Assembly (NCBI GenBank): GCA_038318455.1 | Contig: JBBQCF010000003.1 | Span: forward strand, 1-42,310 | Source of the DNA: Candidatus Moraniibacteriota bacterium | GTDB taxonomy: Bacteria; Patescibacteriota; Minisyncoccia; Moranbacterales; GWC2-37-73 | DNA length: 42,310 nucleotides | Direction of reading: 5' to 3' | Shown here: piece after piece, positions 8,867-17,462 of the stretch | How the letters are laid out: each line of letters opens with the position of its first letter | How positions within the stretch are numbered: position 1 is the stretch's first letter | The notes under the pieces: model-generated | Databases searched by the model: none | Seen by the model: only the letters and a program-made list of their open reading frames with translations | Told to the model about the DNA's origin: nothing | Program-made: the position numbers and the translations under genes

Positions 8867-9997
8867 ATGGATAAAATAAAAATTGCCTTGGTGCATGATT
8901 TCATGGTTTCTCTCGGAGGAGCCGAACGAGTGCTAAAAGAACTTTCTGAAATGTATCCATCTGCCCCGATTTATACCTTGCTTTATGACAAAGAAAAATT
9001 AGGCATGCTTTTTGAGGACAAAGATGTTCGTCCTTCTTATTTACAAAAATTTCCAAAATTTTTAAGAAGAAATTACCGCTGGTTGTTGCCATTTTTTCCA
9101 GTGATTCCTGAAACATTTGATCTTCGTGAATATGATTTGGTCATCTCATCTTCAGGCGCATGGAGTAAGGGCATTGTGACAAAACTAGACACCGTGCATG
9201 TGGCATATCTGCACTCTCCGATGCGTTGGGTTTGGGATTACAACGAAAAATATGTCAAAGAGAGTAATGGTGTAAAATTTGGATTTTTCTTGCGCATTAT
9301 TTTTAATTATTTACGTGTCTGGGATCGCTTAGCAGCTGATCGCCCAGATTATTTGATTGCAAATTCAAAATATACTCAAAAAAGAATTGATAAATATTAT
9401 AGAAGGGAATCAACTGTGATATATCCACCAGCAGAGATTTCATCAACCATTAGTCATCAGTTAGTTGATGCTAAAAAGAATGACCAACTGCCGACTTCGG
9501 ATTACTTCCTTATTGTTTCTCGCTTGTCTGCGTATAAAAAAGTGGATGTTGTGGTTGAAGCTTTTAATAAGCTAGGATTACCATTGGTTGTTATTGGAAG
9601 TGGTGAACAAGAGAATTATTTGCGAAAAATTGCCAAGGGCAATGTGCAAATTTTGGGCTGGCAAAAAGATGATGTTATTGTGAAATATTATCAAAATGCC
9701 AAAGCCTTTATTTTTCCAGCAGAGGATGATTTTGGCATTACTCCAGTTGAGGCTATGAGCTTTGGTGTGCCAGTTATTGCTTACAGAATGGGCGGAGTGT
9801 TGGAAACGGTTCAAGAATCCATTACAGGTGAATTTTTTGACTCACAGACACCAGAGGTTATTGCGGATGGCGTAAGGAGATTTTTGATTAATGAAGATAA
9901 ATACAATAAAAATATTATTAAAGCTCGCGCTGCTGAATTTTCCAGTGAGCGATTTAGGAAAGAATTTAGTGAATATATAGACAAAATTTTAAAATAG
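8867..9997 (+). CDS. glycosyltransferase family 4 (WbaZ-like)
   Basis: ALVHDF..GGAERVL, YLHSPMR, IANSKY, VIYPP, VSRLSAYKKVD, EDDFGITPVEAM. Confidence 0.92.
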   Translation: MDKIKIALVHDFMVSLGGAERVLKELSEMYPSAPIYTLLYDKEKLGMLFEDKDVRPSYLQKFPKFLRRNYRWLLPFFPVIPETFDLREYDLVISSSGAWSKGIVTKLDTVHVAYLHSPMRWVWDYNEKYVKESNGVKFGFFLRIIFNYLRVWDRLAADRPDYLIANSKYTQKRIDKYYRRESTVIYPPAEISSTISHQLVDAKKNDQLPTSDYFLIVSRLSAYKKVDVVVEAFNKLGLPLVVIGSGEQENYLRKIAKGNVQILGWQKDDVIVKYYQNAKAFIFPAEDDFGITPVEAMSFGVPVIAYRMGGVLETVQESITGEFFDSQTPEVIADGVRRFLINEDKYNKNIIKARAAEFSSERFRKEFSEYIDKILK

Positions 9998-10071
9998 CTC
10001 GTAATTATTGAAGATTGTAAATTTAATTTTATTTGGAATTTGTTTTTTATAATTTGGAATTTTATCAAGGT

Positions 10072-10971
10072 ATGGATTTTGTTGGAAATATAAAAGCGTT
10101 TGAATTGTTGAAAAATTCTCTCGAGAGAGGGCATCTTAATCACGCCTATCTTTTTTCTGGGCCAGAACACATAGGAAAATTCACTTTAGCAAAGATATTT
10201 GCGCTGCATACTATTGATAGCACATCTCTAGGTTTGAATTTGAATGATGTTAGTAATGATGCTAAGTTAGATCTTATTATTGTTCAGCCTGAAATTGTCC
10301 AAAAGAATAATATTTCCAAACAGCGCGATATTTCAATAGAATCAATAAGAGAAGCCAAGCAAAGCTTGAGTCTTTTTCCATATCATGGAAAATATAAAAT
10401 CTTGGTTATTGATGATGCGCATCGCATGACCAACGGTTGTCAAAATGCTTTACTGAAAATCTTAGAAGAACCAAATCCAACAACCATGATTATCCTCGTT
10501 ACGCATGAAGTAGATAGAATTCTCCCCACAATACTTTCACGTTTGCAAGTCGTTAATTTTGGTTTAGTGGATGATGGAGAGATGAAAAAAGCATTTGCTG
10601 AAGACTTTTCATTTCAACAAGATTGCGTGGAACTTTCTATTGGACGTCCAGGCTTAGCTAAATTTTTGAATGAAAATATTGAAGAAAAGAATTTTAGAAT
10701 AGACGCCTTAATGGAACTTGAAAAACTCAAAAAAGGAACATTAAATGAGAAATTTAAATTAGCAGAAGATCTCTCTAAAGATGCAGTTAGAACTCTTGAT
10801 AAGTTAAATGTTTGGATATGGGAGTTAAGAAAGGATATTATGTCTGTAGATAAATTTAAAAATAGAAAGGCTTACGATGATATTGAAAAAATTCAAAAAA
10901 GTATGGCGACCTTAAAACGCAGTAATGCCAATAGTCGTCTTGTGCTGGAAGTATTATTTATGGACTTATAA
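10072..10971 (+). CDS. holB: DNA polymerase III delta' subunit
   Basis: HAYLFSGPEHIGK, ISIESIRE, IDDAHRMT..QNALLKILEEP, ILPTILSR; zinc-finger cysteines absent. ATG 10072. Confidence 0.88.
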   Translation: MDFVGNIKAFELLKNSLERGHLNHAYLFSGPEHIGKFTLAKIFALHTIDSTSLGLNLNDVSNDAKLDLIIVQPEIVQKNNISKQRDISIESIREAKQSLSLFPYHGKYKILVIDDAHRMTNGCQNALLKILEEPNPTTMIILVTHEVDRILPTILSRLQVVNFGLVDDGEMKKAFAEDFSFQQDCVELSIGRPGLAKFLNENIEEKNFRIDALMELEKLKKGTLNEKFKLAEDLSKDAVRTLDKLNVWIWELRKDIMSVDKFKNRKAYDDIEKIQKSMATLKRSNANSRLVLEVLFMDL

Positions 10972-10973
10972 GT

Positions 10974-11864
10974 ATGACAAAAAGATATATAAAAAATTGC
11001 ACAGGAGACCAATGCAAAGAAGAAAGAGACATTCCTCGTATTTTATCGAAGATAATTTTTTATATTCTATCGATTTTTTTTGTTGGCGTGCTTTGTTACA
11101 CGTTATTTTTTTCGCAATATCTTAAGCTTTCACATATTTCTATTGATGGAACACGAGAGCTTGATAAAAATGAATTAGGTGTAGTTATCGACAACTCACT
11201 GCAAGGAAAATTTTTGAATATAATACCGAAAAATAATTTCATGTTTGCTTCGCAAGGAAGAATGGAAAAACTTTTAATGAATAGTTTTAAAAAAATACGA
11301 AGTGTGCGCGTGAACAAAAAATTTCCCGATACTGTCGATATAGTTATTGATGAGCGCAAAGCCCTGCTTGTTTGGTGCAGTGGTGATAAATGTTATTTGC
11401 TTGATGAAAAAGGAGTAGCATATAGTGAAGCTGATTTTTCATCTGCAGATCTTGTGCAAAATAATCTTTTGCAAATCGATGATGTGAGTGGACGAGAGGT
11501 TAAAATAGATGAGCAAATTATCAATCCTTCATATGAAAAATATGTGCTTAATATAAAAGATGTTTTGAATGGCGTGGGTTTCAATATAACTGGTAAATAT
11601 CTAACTCCTTCTCGAATGGCGGAAGAAATAACTGTGAAAACAGATCAGGATTTGGAAGTTTACCTCTCAACGCAATACGATCTAGAATCTGCAATTAGAA
11701 CTTTAAATACAATTTTGAAAAAAGAAATATTACCAGAAAAAATAAAAGACCTCGCATACATTGATCTTCGCGATGAAAATAAGGTTTTTTACAAATTTAA
11801 AAACGTAGAACCTATTATTACTGATGTACAGCAGGATATCAATACTAATATTGAGATAAAGTAG
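10974..11864 (+). CDS. ftsQ: FtsQ/DivIB-like POTRA-domain cell division protein
   Basis: Single N-terminal TM; ISIDGT..., VRVNKKFPDTVDIVIDER, YLLDEKG and C-terminal YIDLR motif. Confidence 0.8.
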   Translation: MTKRYIKNCTGDQCKEERDIPRILSKIIFYILSIFFVGVLCYTLFFSQYLKLSHISIDGTRELDKNELGVVIDNSLQGKFLNIIPKNNFMFASQGRMEKLLMNSFKKIRSVRVNKKFPDTVDIVIDERKALLVWCSGDKCYLLDEKGVAYSEADFSSADLVQNNLLQIDDVSGREVKIDEQIINPSYEKYVLNIKDVLNGVGFNITGKYLTPSRMAEEITVKTDQDLEVYLSTQYDLESAIRTLNTILKKEILPEKIKDLAYIDLRDENKVFYKFKNVEPIITDVQQDINTNIEIK

Positions 11865-11898
11865 TAAAAATATTCTAACTTTATTTTTTGCATGAATA

Positions 11899-11927
11899 AT
11901 AAAAAACCAGCTTAGCTGGTTTTTTAT
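11899..11927. terminator. bidirectional intrinsic terminator
   Basis: ATAAAAAACCAGC-TTA-GCTGGTTTTTTAT between convergent genes. Confidence 0.85.
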
Positions 11928-11945
11928 GTTTAAGCGGGGATAGTA

Positions 11946-13796
11946 TTATTCTGAAATTGTTTCTGGCACATAATAAATCATAATAGAATTGCCAATCATT
12001 GTCACTGGTTTGAATTGTTTAGTCCATTCGTAATTGTTTGCTGCAGTTTTGCTTTCTTTGTTATAGATGCTGATTTGGAGTGAATTTACTGATATTGCAT
12101 ACCATCCTTTTTCAATAGGACGTTTCGAATCCCATCCAGAGATATATTGGTCACCTAGATAATATTCAGGATTTCCTCCGCCAAAATAATCAACATTAAT
12201 TTTTCTTATTTCAGGATTGTTTTGAAGGAATATGGCTAGACGTTTCAAGTCTTGTCCCCAGTCCACATTTGAATCAGTCACATATTTGTATCCATTTTTG
12301 CTTCCACCAATAGTTTCGTTGAAATATGAAACATAACCAGGATAACTAAAGAATGGTATAGATACGATCCAAATTATTAAGATAGTTAATAAGATGTGCA
12401 ATTGGTGGGTTGTCATCCTGTGTTTGTTTCTAATGAAATCGAAAACCTTTTTAGTTACCAATAAATACGCCAGTGGCATAATTGGAAAAAGATGACGAAG
12501 TCCAATATTTAAATTTCCCGTAATGCTTAAAAATGCATAAAGAAGAATAAATCCAAATAGAGTGTATTGCATGACTCCAATCTGCAAAAAGCGTTTAAGA
12601 TTTTTCTTTAGGGCCTTTTCCTTTAAAGATGAGATAGTGTTTTTAAATATCTGTTCTGAAGTTATAAGTAAAGAAAAAACAATAAGCAGTAAAAATGGAA
12701 TAGTCTCCTTAATGAGAAATACTAATGGAAAATAAATAGGGGATGCCTTGCCGGAAACATTATTGAGAAAATATGTTCCATTTCCGCCAGCCACACGTTT
12801 AAACACCATGGTGACTCCAAGAAGATATTCCGCAAAAGGTTTTAATATTGGAACTGAATTGATAGCACTCAATGCGTTGTTGGTGGTTATGCTAAGGGGG
12901 TTGTGGTCAAAAAGAGGGAAAGAGAAATTTATTTGCCTGTCAATAATCTCTTTTGGCATGTTGTAAGTATTTACGAAATACAAAATCCAAACAACAACCA
13001 TGGAAATTGCCAGAGCTGCAAGGCCTTTTCCGAGATATGAAAAGAATAATTTAGTGCGCAGCAATTTCCCTTTATTTTCTTCTTCTTCATGTGAGATTTT
13101 CTTAACAAGTGGATAAACTAAAATAACTAACCCGAGTATTGGATAGGCCATTAAGGAAGAGAATTTCACTAAATTAACCAGCCCCAAGAAGAAACCACCA
13201 ATGAAAACATTTTTCCAAGTTGGTTTTTTGATGAATTTTAAAAAATAATAAAATGCGAAAGTGATAAAAGCAGCGATTCCAATATCAGTAGTTACGTAAT
13301 GATTGTGTCCTAAAATATTCGGATCAAAAGCATATAAGGTAAGAATAAAAAGACCACCCAAGATTCCAGCAATTTCTTTTCCCCACATGAAAAGAAACAG
13401 TCCTAAAATAACGGAAATAATAATGATTGGCAGACGTGCTAAGAAAAGAATTTGATCGGCATTGTTTCCGCCTTCATAGAGAAGATATTTTCCTGCTTGC
13501 CATTGTCCGTCGTCCCAGACTCTATTTAATCCTTCTCCCGTCCAAAAAGGTTGAGTTTTATCAAAATTAAGATTAAGGAATGCTAATGGGATTCCAATTA
13601 GATCCTTGAGTAATGGTGGATGTTCAGGATTTAGGCGCATGTCTTGCTCGGTAACATAACTGTATCCAGCTGGGATGTGTGCAACTTCATCAAATGTTGC
13701 GCTATCATTTTTCGCATTCAACAGCGAGACAACAGTGAAGAATGTCATTATCGCCACTACAATTAGTCGATAATTTTTTTTGAGAAACTTTTCCAT
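11946..13796 (-). CDS. GT-C (PMT/ArnT-like) lipid-carrier glycosyltransferase
   Basis: 616 aa polytopic protein; SATFDEVAH, NPEHPPLLK, VTTDIG, KFS, GLRHLFP, DSNVDWGQDL. Confidence 0.88.
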   Translation of the reverse strand: MEKFLKKNYRLIVVAIMTFFTVVSLLNAKNDSATFDEVAHIPAGYSYVTEQDMRLNPEHPPLLKDLIGIPLAFLNLNFDKTQPFWTGEGLNRVWDDGQWQAGKYLLYEGGNNADQILFLARLPIIIISVILGLFLFMWGKEIAGILGGLFILTLYAFDPNILGHNHYVTTDIGIAAFITFAFYYFLKFIKKPTWKNVFIGGFFLGLVNLVKFSSLMAYPILGLVILVYPLVKKISHEEEENKGKLLRTKLFFSYLGKGLAALAISMVVVWILYFVNTYNMPKEIIDRQINFSFPLFDHNPLSITTNNALSAINSVPILKPFAEYLLGVTMVFKRVAGGNGTYFLNNVSGKASPIYFPLVFLIKETIPFLLLIVFSLLITSEQIFKNTISSLKEKALKKNLKRFLQIGVMQYTLFGFILLYAFLSITGNLNIGLRHLFPIMPLAYLLVTKKVFDFIRNKHRMTTHQLHILLTILIIWIVSIPFFSYPGYVSYFNETIGGSKNGYKYVTDSNVDWGQDLKRLAIFLQNNPEIRKINVDYFGGGNPEYYLGDQYISGWDSKRPIEKGWYAISVNSLQISIYNKESKTAANNYEWTKQFKPVTMIGNSIMIYYVPETISE

Positions 13797-13856
13797 GATT
13801 TTATTTTTATTTTTTTAAATTTATAATTACTCAATCGTTTTTTAAATAATGTTGTC

Positions 13857-15464
13857 TTATTTTGTTAATGTTATGAAAATATCCCCAAACTCATCGCGAT
13901 GTTCAGTAGCTGTAAGATTTGGAATTTTACTCTTGATATTATTGATGGCATTCCAATCCCAGCCTGTGAAGATAATTTCAAATTCGTCATTGTCGTTTGG
14001 AATAATTTGATCAACTTGAGAAGGATAGAGATATTTAGTATTTGGAATTGTTGGGTTTAGATATTTAATAGTCAGGCGTTCCATACTGCCTGTCACGATA
14101 TATTTCTGCTCATTCTGTGGCAATGCGCGAATGTAGTCGGAAATGTTTCTAAGGTTTGCACTGAAAACCTCATGTTGCTTAGGACTATTGTTAAAAAAAA
14201 CAAAATATTTAATTGGATCAGCTAGTCCAATAAAAACAAAAGCTCCAATTAAAAAAGAAATAGTAAATGCCTTGTAGGCATGCCCAAATTGATTATATTT
14301 CTTGAGAATCCAAAGAAAGGGAATTATTGAAATCAAAATAACAGCTGGCAAGGTTCCAATTGAACGAAGAGCGTGGGGATTTCCTTCATTAGCCAAAAAT
14401 TCAGGAATAAGTAATACTAAAAACCAAGATAAAAGAAAAACATAAATGTCCATTTGTTCATTGCGATTTCCTCTGTGAAATCGCAGCCAAAGAAGATGTA
14501 ATAATTTACTGGTAACATAAATAAGACCAATCAAAAATGCAATGCTGACAATGGGATTAAGTAGGGGATAAGGTGCATAATTGTGTCTCATATTAAGATC
14601 TCCCATCACAAAATATTTTTGTAGTGCTAGCCCAAATGTTCTGGTAACAGCGCTGATGAGATGTCCTTGATTAGACTCTGGATTTAAAACTGAAATTTCA
14701 CTAGTGCGCGATGCATAGTGTTGCGGATTGGCGATGAAAAAATCAAATAGCATTGGCGCTGCTGTGACAAAAAGAGCAAAAGTAAAAACTAGCACATGCT
14801 TCCAATATTCCTTGAGGAAATTTTTGCGAGTGATGATAAGCGAAATAATAAGAGCCACCAAAACAAGTGGTGAAACTCGAAAGGCGATATAGGTATGAAC
14901 TCCGAGACCATAAATGATTCCAGCAATCACAAAGTCGTGCAATTTTTTTGTGCGAAGTCCTTTCCAGAGAAAATAGAAAGCAAATGACAGAATGAAAGGA
15001 ACCATAATGGCGCGAAAACCGATACGGGAAAAATTGATGGCCCAATATGAAAAAGCAGTAAGGTATGCTCCAATGAGTCCAGCTGCATAACTGGAAAAAA
15101 GTTCATTAGCTAGCAAGAACACTCCAAGCACCGTTAATGTTCCAAAGATGATTGAACAGAATTTCAATCCAAATTCTGTCGGACCAAAGGCTTTGATGGA
15201 GAGGGCTTGGAGGTTAATAAAGAGTCCTTCGCGACCCTGGTTGCCTTCATAAAAAAGTTTATATTGCCCAGTGGCATTGGCTTCTTGTGCATCCACTCCA
15301 TTTTGCGCTTCATCGGGATAAATTCCAGCTGGGATGTTTTTAATGTCAGTTGCCCGCAAAGCAAAAGCGGCAATCATGATTGCTAATAATAATCCCCAAA
15401 TCATTTTCTTATTTTTTCCGCCCATGATGAATCCGCCTTGGGCGGACATTTCGATTTTATTCAT
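13857..15464 (-). CDS. GT-C (ArnT/PMT-like) glycosyltransferase
   Basis: 535 aa polytopic protein; PAGIYPDEA, GREGLF, FSRIGFRA, TYIAFR, PHALRS. True start could be slightly downstream. Confidence 0.88.
   Translation of the reverse strand: MNKIEMSAQGGFIMGGKNKKMIWGLLLAIMIAAFALRATDIKNIPAGIYPDEAQNGVDAQEANATGQYKLFYEGNQGREGLFINLQALSIKAFGPTEFGLKFCSIIFGTLTVLGVFLLANELFSSYAAGLIGAYLTAFSYWAINFSRIGFRAIMVPFILSFAFYFLWKGLRTKKLHDFVIAGIIYGLGVHTYIAFRVSPLVLVALIISLIITRKNFLKEYWKHVLVFTFALFVTAAPMLFDFFIANPQHYASRTSEISVLNPESNQGHLISAVTRTFGLALQKYFVMGDLNMRHNYAPYPLLNPIVSIAFLIGLIYVTSKLLHLLWLRFHRGNRNEQMDIYVFLLSWFLVLLIPEFLANEGNPHALRSIGTLPAVILISIIPFLWILKKYNQFGHAYKAFTISFLIGAFVFIGLADPIKYFVFFNNSPKQHEVFSANLRNISDYIRALPQNEQKYIVTGSMERLTIKYLNPTIPNTKYLYPSQVDQIIPNDNDEFEIIFTGWDWNAINNIKSKIPNLTATEHRDEFGDIFITLTK
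15416..15448. repeat. GC-rich palindromic REP-like unit in-frame in the GT-C N-terminus
   Basis: TTCCGCCCATGATGAATCCGCC-TTG-GGCGGACA, containing a TCCGCC/GGCGGA stem; translated SAQGGFIMGG. Confidence 0.55.
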
Positions 15465-15540
15465 TTTATGTTTATTTTTTTATTGGTAAAAATGATGCTT
15501 ATTTCTTTTATTATAACACTATTTTCGTCTTGTAAACAGC

Positions 15541-15569
15541 TTGACACTAAGCTTATTTTATGCTAGAAT
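15541..15569 (+). promoter_or_regulatory. sigma70 promoter of an orphan operon
   Basis: TTGACA-17 bp-TAGAAT with an extended -10 TG. Confidence 0.75.
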
Positions 15570-15620
15570 AGATGGTTGTAGGATTGTCCTGCAATAAGGC
15601 AAATAAAAGCGCCTTTAAAG

Positions 15621-15632
15621 GCTCTTTGACAA
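15621..15632 (+). promoter_or_regulatory. boxA-like (Nus) element in the leader
   Basis: GCTCTTTGACAA, one mismatch from E. coli rrn boxA GCTCTTTAACAA; preceded by small hairpins. Confidence 0.45.
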
Positions 15633-15670
15633 CATAATATCAATCAAAAAAGGGAAAAGGGAGGTTTATC

Positions 15671-16408
15671 ATGGGATTAGGAAGATTTGCAGGTGAAGCA
15701 TTGAGTGAAGTTGCTTTTTTTTCCGTTATAAAAAAAGCCTGGGACTGGGCCATGCGAATGGTCACTGATGATGTCAGAACAACTGTAGGAAATGAAATAA
15801 AAGACAGAATTGTTGGTACCAGGTTATGGAAGGATGAGCATTTTTTTGCTCTCGACTTGGCTGAAGCAAACATCACAATTGAACAAAAGAGACTGATTGA
15901 AGAAGCGATGGAAATAGCCAGGTTGGAAGATTGTGCGAATGGCACCGTTTATGCGAGAAATTTTCGCTTAATTATTGTTGCTCGCGATCAAGAAAATCCT
16001 ACGACTGCTGGTACGCCAGCTGTCCCTGATAAACCAGGAACACCTGAAGTTCCAGCTACTAAGACTACACCTAAAAAGGATGCTGTTGCTGCTGTTCCTG
16101 GAAAGCTAGCAGTGCCTGCCGGTAAACGTCCAGGTATCATTATCTTGGAAGATATGGTTAAAGACTGCACTAAAGTTAGGGAAGTGTACGCAAGGATAGT
16201 TGCGGCAGGATTGTTGCAAGACGGGCATTCCAACTTCGAAAAGTTCATTGATGTCAGCAAGAAAGTGGTTATTCCTTTTTTACTGACAAAAGGAACGGCC
16301 GCATATGCTTCTGCTGATGCAATGATGACAAAAGTTGAAAATGGTATCAGAAAAAAAAGTTGCGAATATAATAATCGTTCGTGGCTTGCAAAACTATTTC
16401 TAAACTAA
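15671..16408 (+). CDS. hypothetical protein with an internal Pro/Ala-rich segment
   Basis: 245 aa; GGGAGGT SD; segment TAGTPAVPDKPGTPEVPATKTTPKKDAVAAVPGKLAVPAG. Confidence 0.75.
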   Translation: MGLGRFAGEALSEVAFFSVIKKAWDWAMRMVTDDVRTTVGNEIKDRIVGTRLWKDEHFFALDLAEANITIEQKRLIEEAMEIARLEDCANGTVYARNFRLIIVARDQENPTTAGTPAVPDKPGTPEVPATKTTPKKDAVAAVPGKLAVPAGKRPGIIILEDMVKDCTKVREVYARIVAAGLLQDGHSNFEKFIDVSKKVVIPFLLTKGTAAYASADAMMTKVENGIRKKSCEYNNRSWLAKLFLN

Positions 16409-16423
16409 AAAAGGGAGGAAGTC

Positions 16424-17320
16424 ATGATAAGAATTTTTTCAGCATTGTTTGAAGCAGGAACAACCCAATTGGACAAGCTCAAGGCAACACTCTTTTCTAT
16501 ATTGATCGCAACATTTATCGGCATGGGAGCGGTGTTGTATTTTAGACCATCAATCACAAATGCGTTTTTAGTTATTGCAATTCCGTATGCCTATACAATA
16601 TATAGATTGCTTTCGACGGAACGTTTGTTGTTTGTCCATGCAGCAGGTGAGTCATTGGAGCTCATCGGTGCATTGGGCGAAAAAAAAGAAGGAGCTGTGG
16701 AGACTGGCATCTTTGAAAATGAGGTCACCACGAAATATGTGGCGATTGTCAAAGGCGTTTTCCTTGGACAATCAATCCTGTTTCTGATGACACCGCTGTA
16801 TGTGAATTATACCGCGGGTGACATTCCAACGGCTATCATGATCGGCATGCTGACACTTGTTGTTGCTGTCGGCAGCTCAGTGTTTTTCATCGGCATGTTC
16901 ACTTTTGCCTCTAGGGTAACAATATTTTGTTATTTTGTTGCAATAGTCTGCATGCTTTTCCCGCAATCAACTTATTATTTCAATCAGTTGACTGGGAATA
17001 AATTCAGTCCTTCATCCATAGAGGCCTATAGATTGGCCAATGAGATTAAGGCAGTCAGGGATAGTCAACTTGAGGAGAGAAAAATTTCTCAACTGCGTTC
17101 AGCTTTGGACTATCAAAAGTCCAACCCTGGTCAGCAGCTTCCTCTTGAGTATCAAAAAAAGATTGAGGAAGTCGGCATGGTGGATGGAAATGCATCACAG
17201 CCGCAACAACGAAAAGAGGTTATGGCAATGTCGCAAGAAAGAACAGTCGGAAGAACATCATCTTCTTCCGTTGCCAATGCAAGACTTGAAAGAATGGCTA
17301 GAGAAATTTATGGAAAATAG
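16424..17320 (+). CDS. hypothetical polytopic membrane protein
   Basis: 298 aa; GGGAGG SD; about 5-6 hydrophobic segments followed by a soluble helical tail. Confidence 0.75.
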   Translation: MIRIFSALFEAGTTQLDKLKATLFSILIATFIGMGAVLYFRPSITNAFLVIAIPYAYTIYRLLSTERLLFVHAAGESLELIGALGEKKEGAVETGIFENEVTTKYVAIVKGVFLGQSILFLMTPLYVNYTAGDIPTAIMIGMLTLVVAVGSSVFFIGMFTFASRVTIFCYFVAIVCMLFPQSTYYFNQLTGNKFSPSSIEAYRLANEIKAVRDSQLEERKISQLRSALDYQKSNPGQQLPLEYQKKIEEVGMVDGNASQPQQRKEVMAMSQERTVGRTSSSSVANARLERMAREIYGK

Positions 17321-17336
17321 CCATCTCTGAAATATC

Positions 17337-17370
17337 AGCGCAGTAGACAATTTTGTCTACTGCGCTTTTT
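17337..17370 (+). terminator. intrinsic terminator
   Basis: AGCGCAGTAGACA-ATTT-TGTCTACTGCGCT followed by a T tract. Confidence 0.9.
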
Positions 17371-17462
17371 CATTATTTAAAGTTTCCATTTTTATATAAA
17401 TATGATTTCAAAAAATGTTTTTTTGTGATATAATTTATTTATAAATATAAAGAAAAATACAG

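Noticed and set aside
10072-10971. holB lacking zinc-finger cysteines as a sign of decay
   Set aside because: Zinc-less delta' variants are known and the other motifs are intact.
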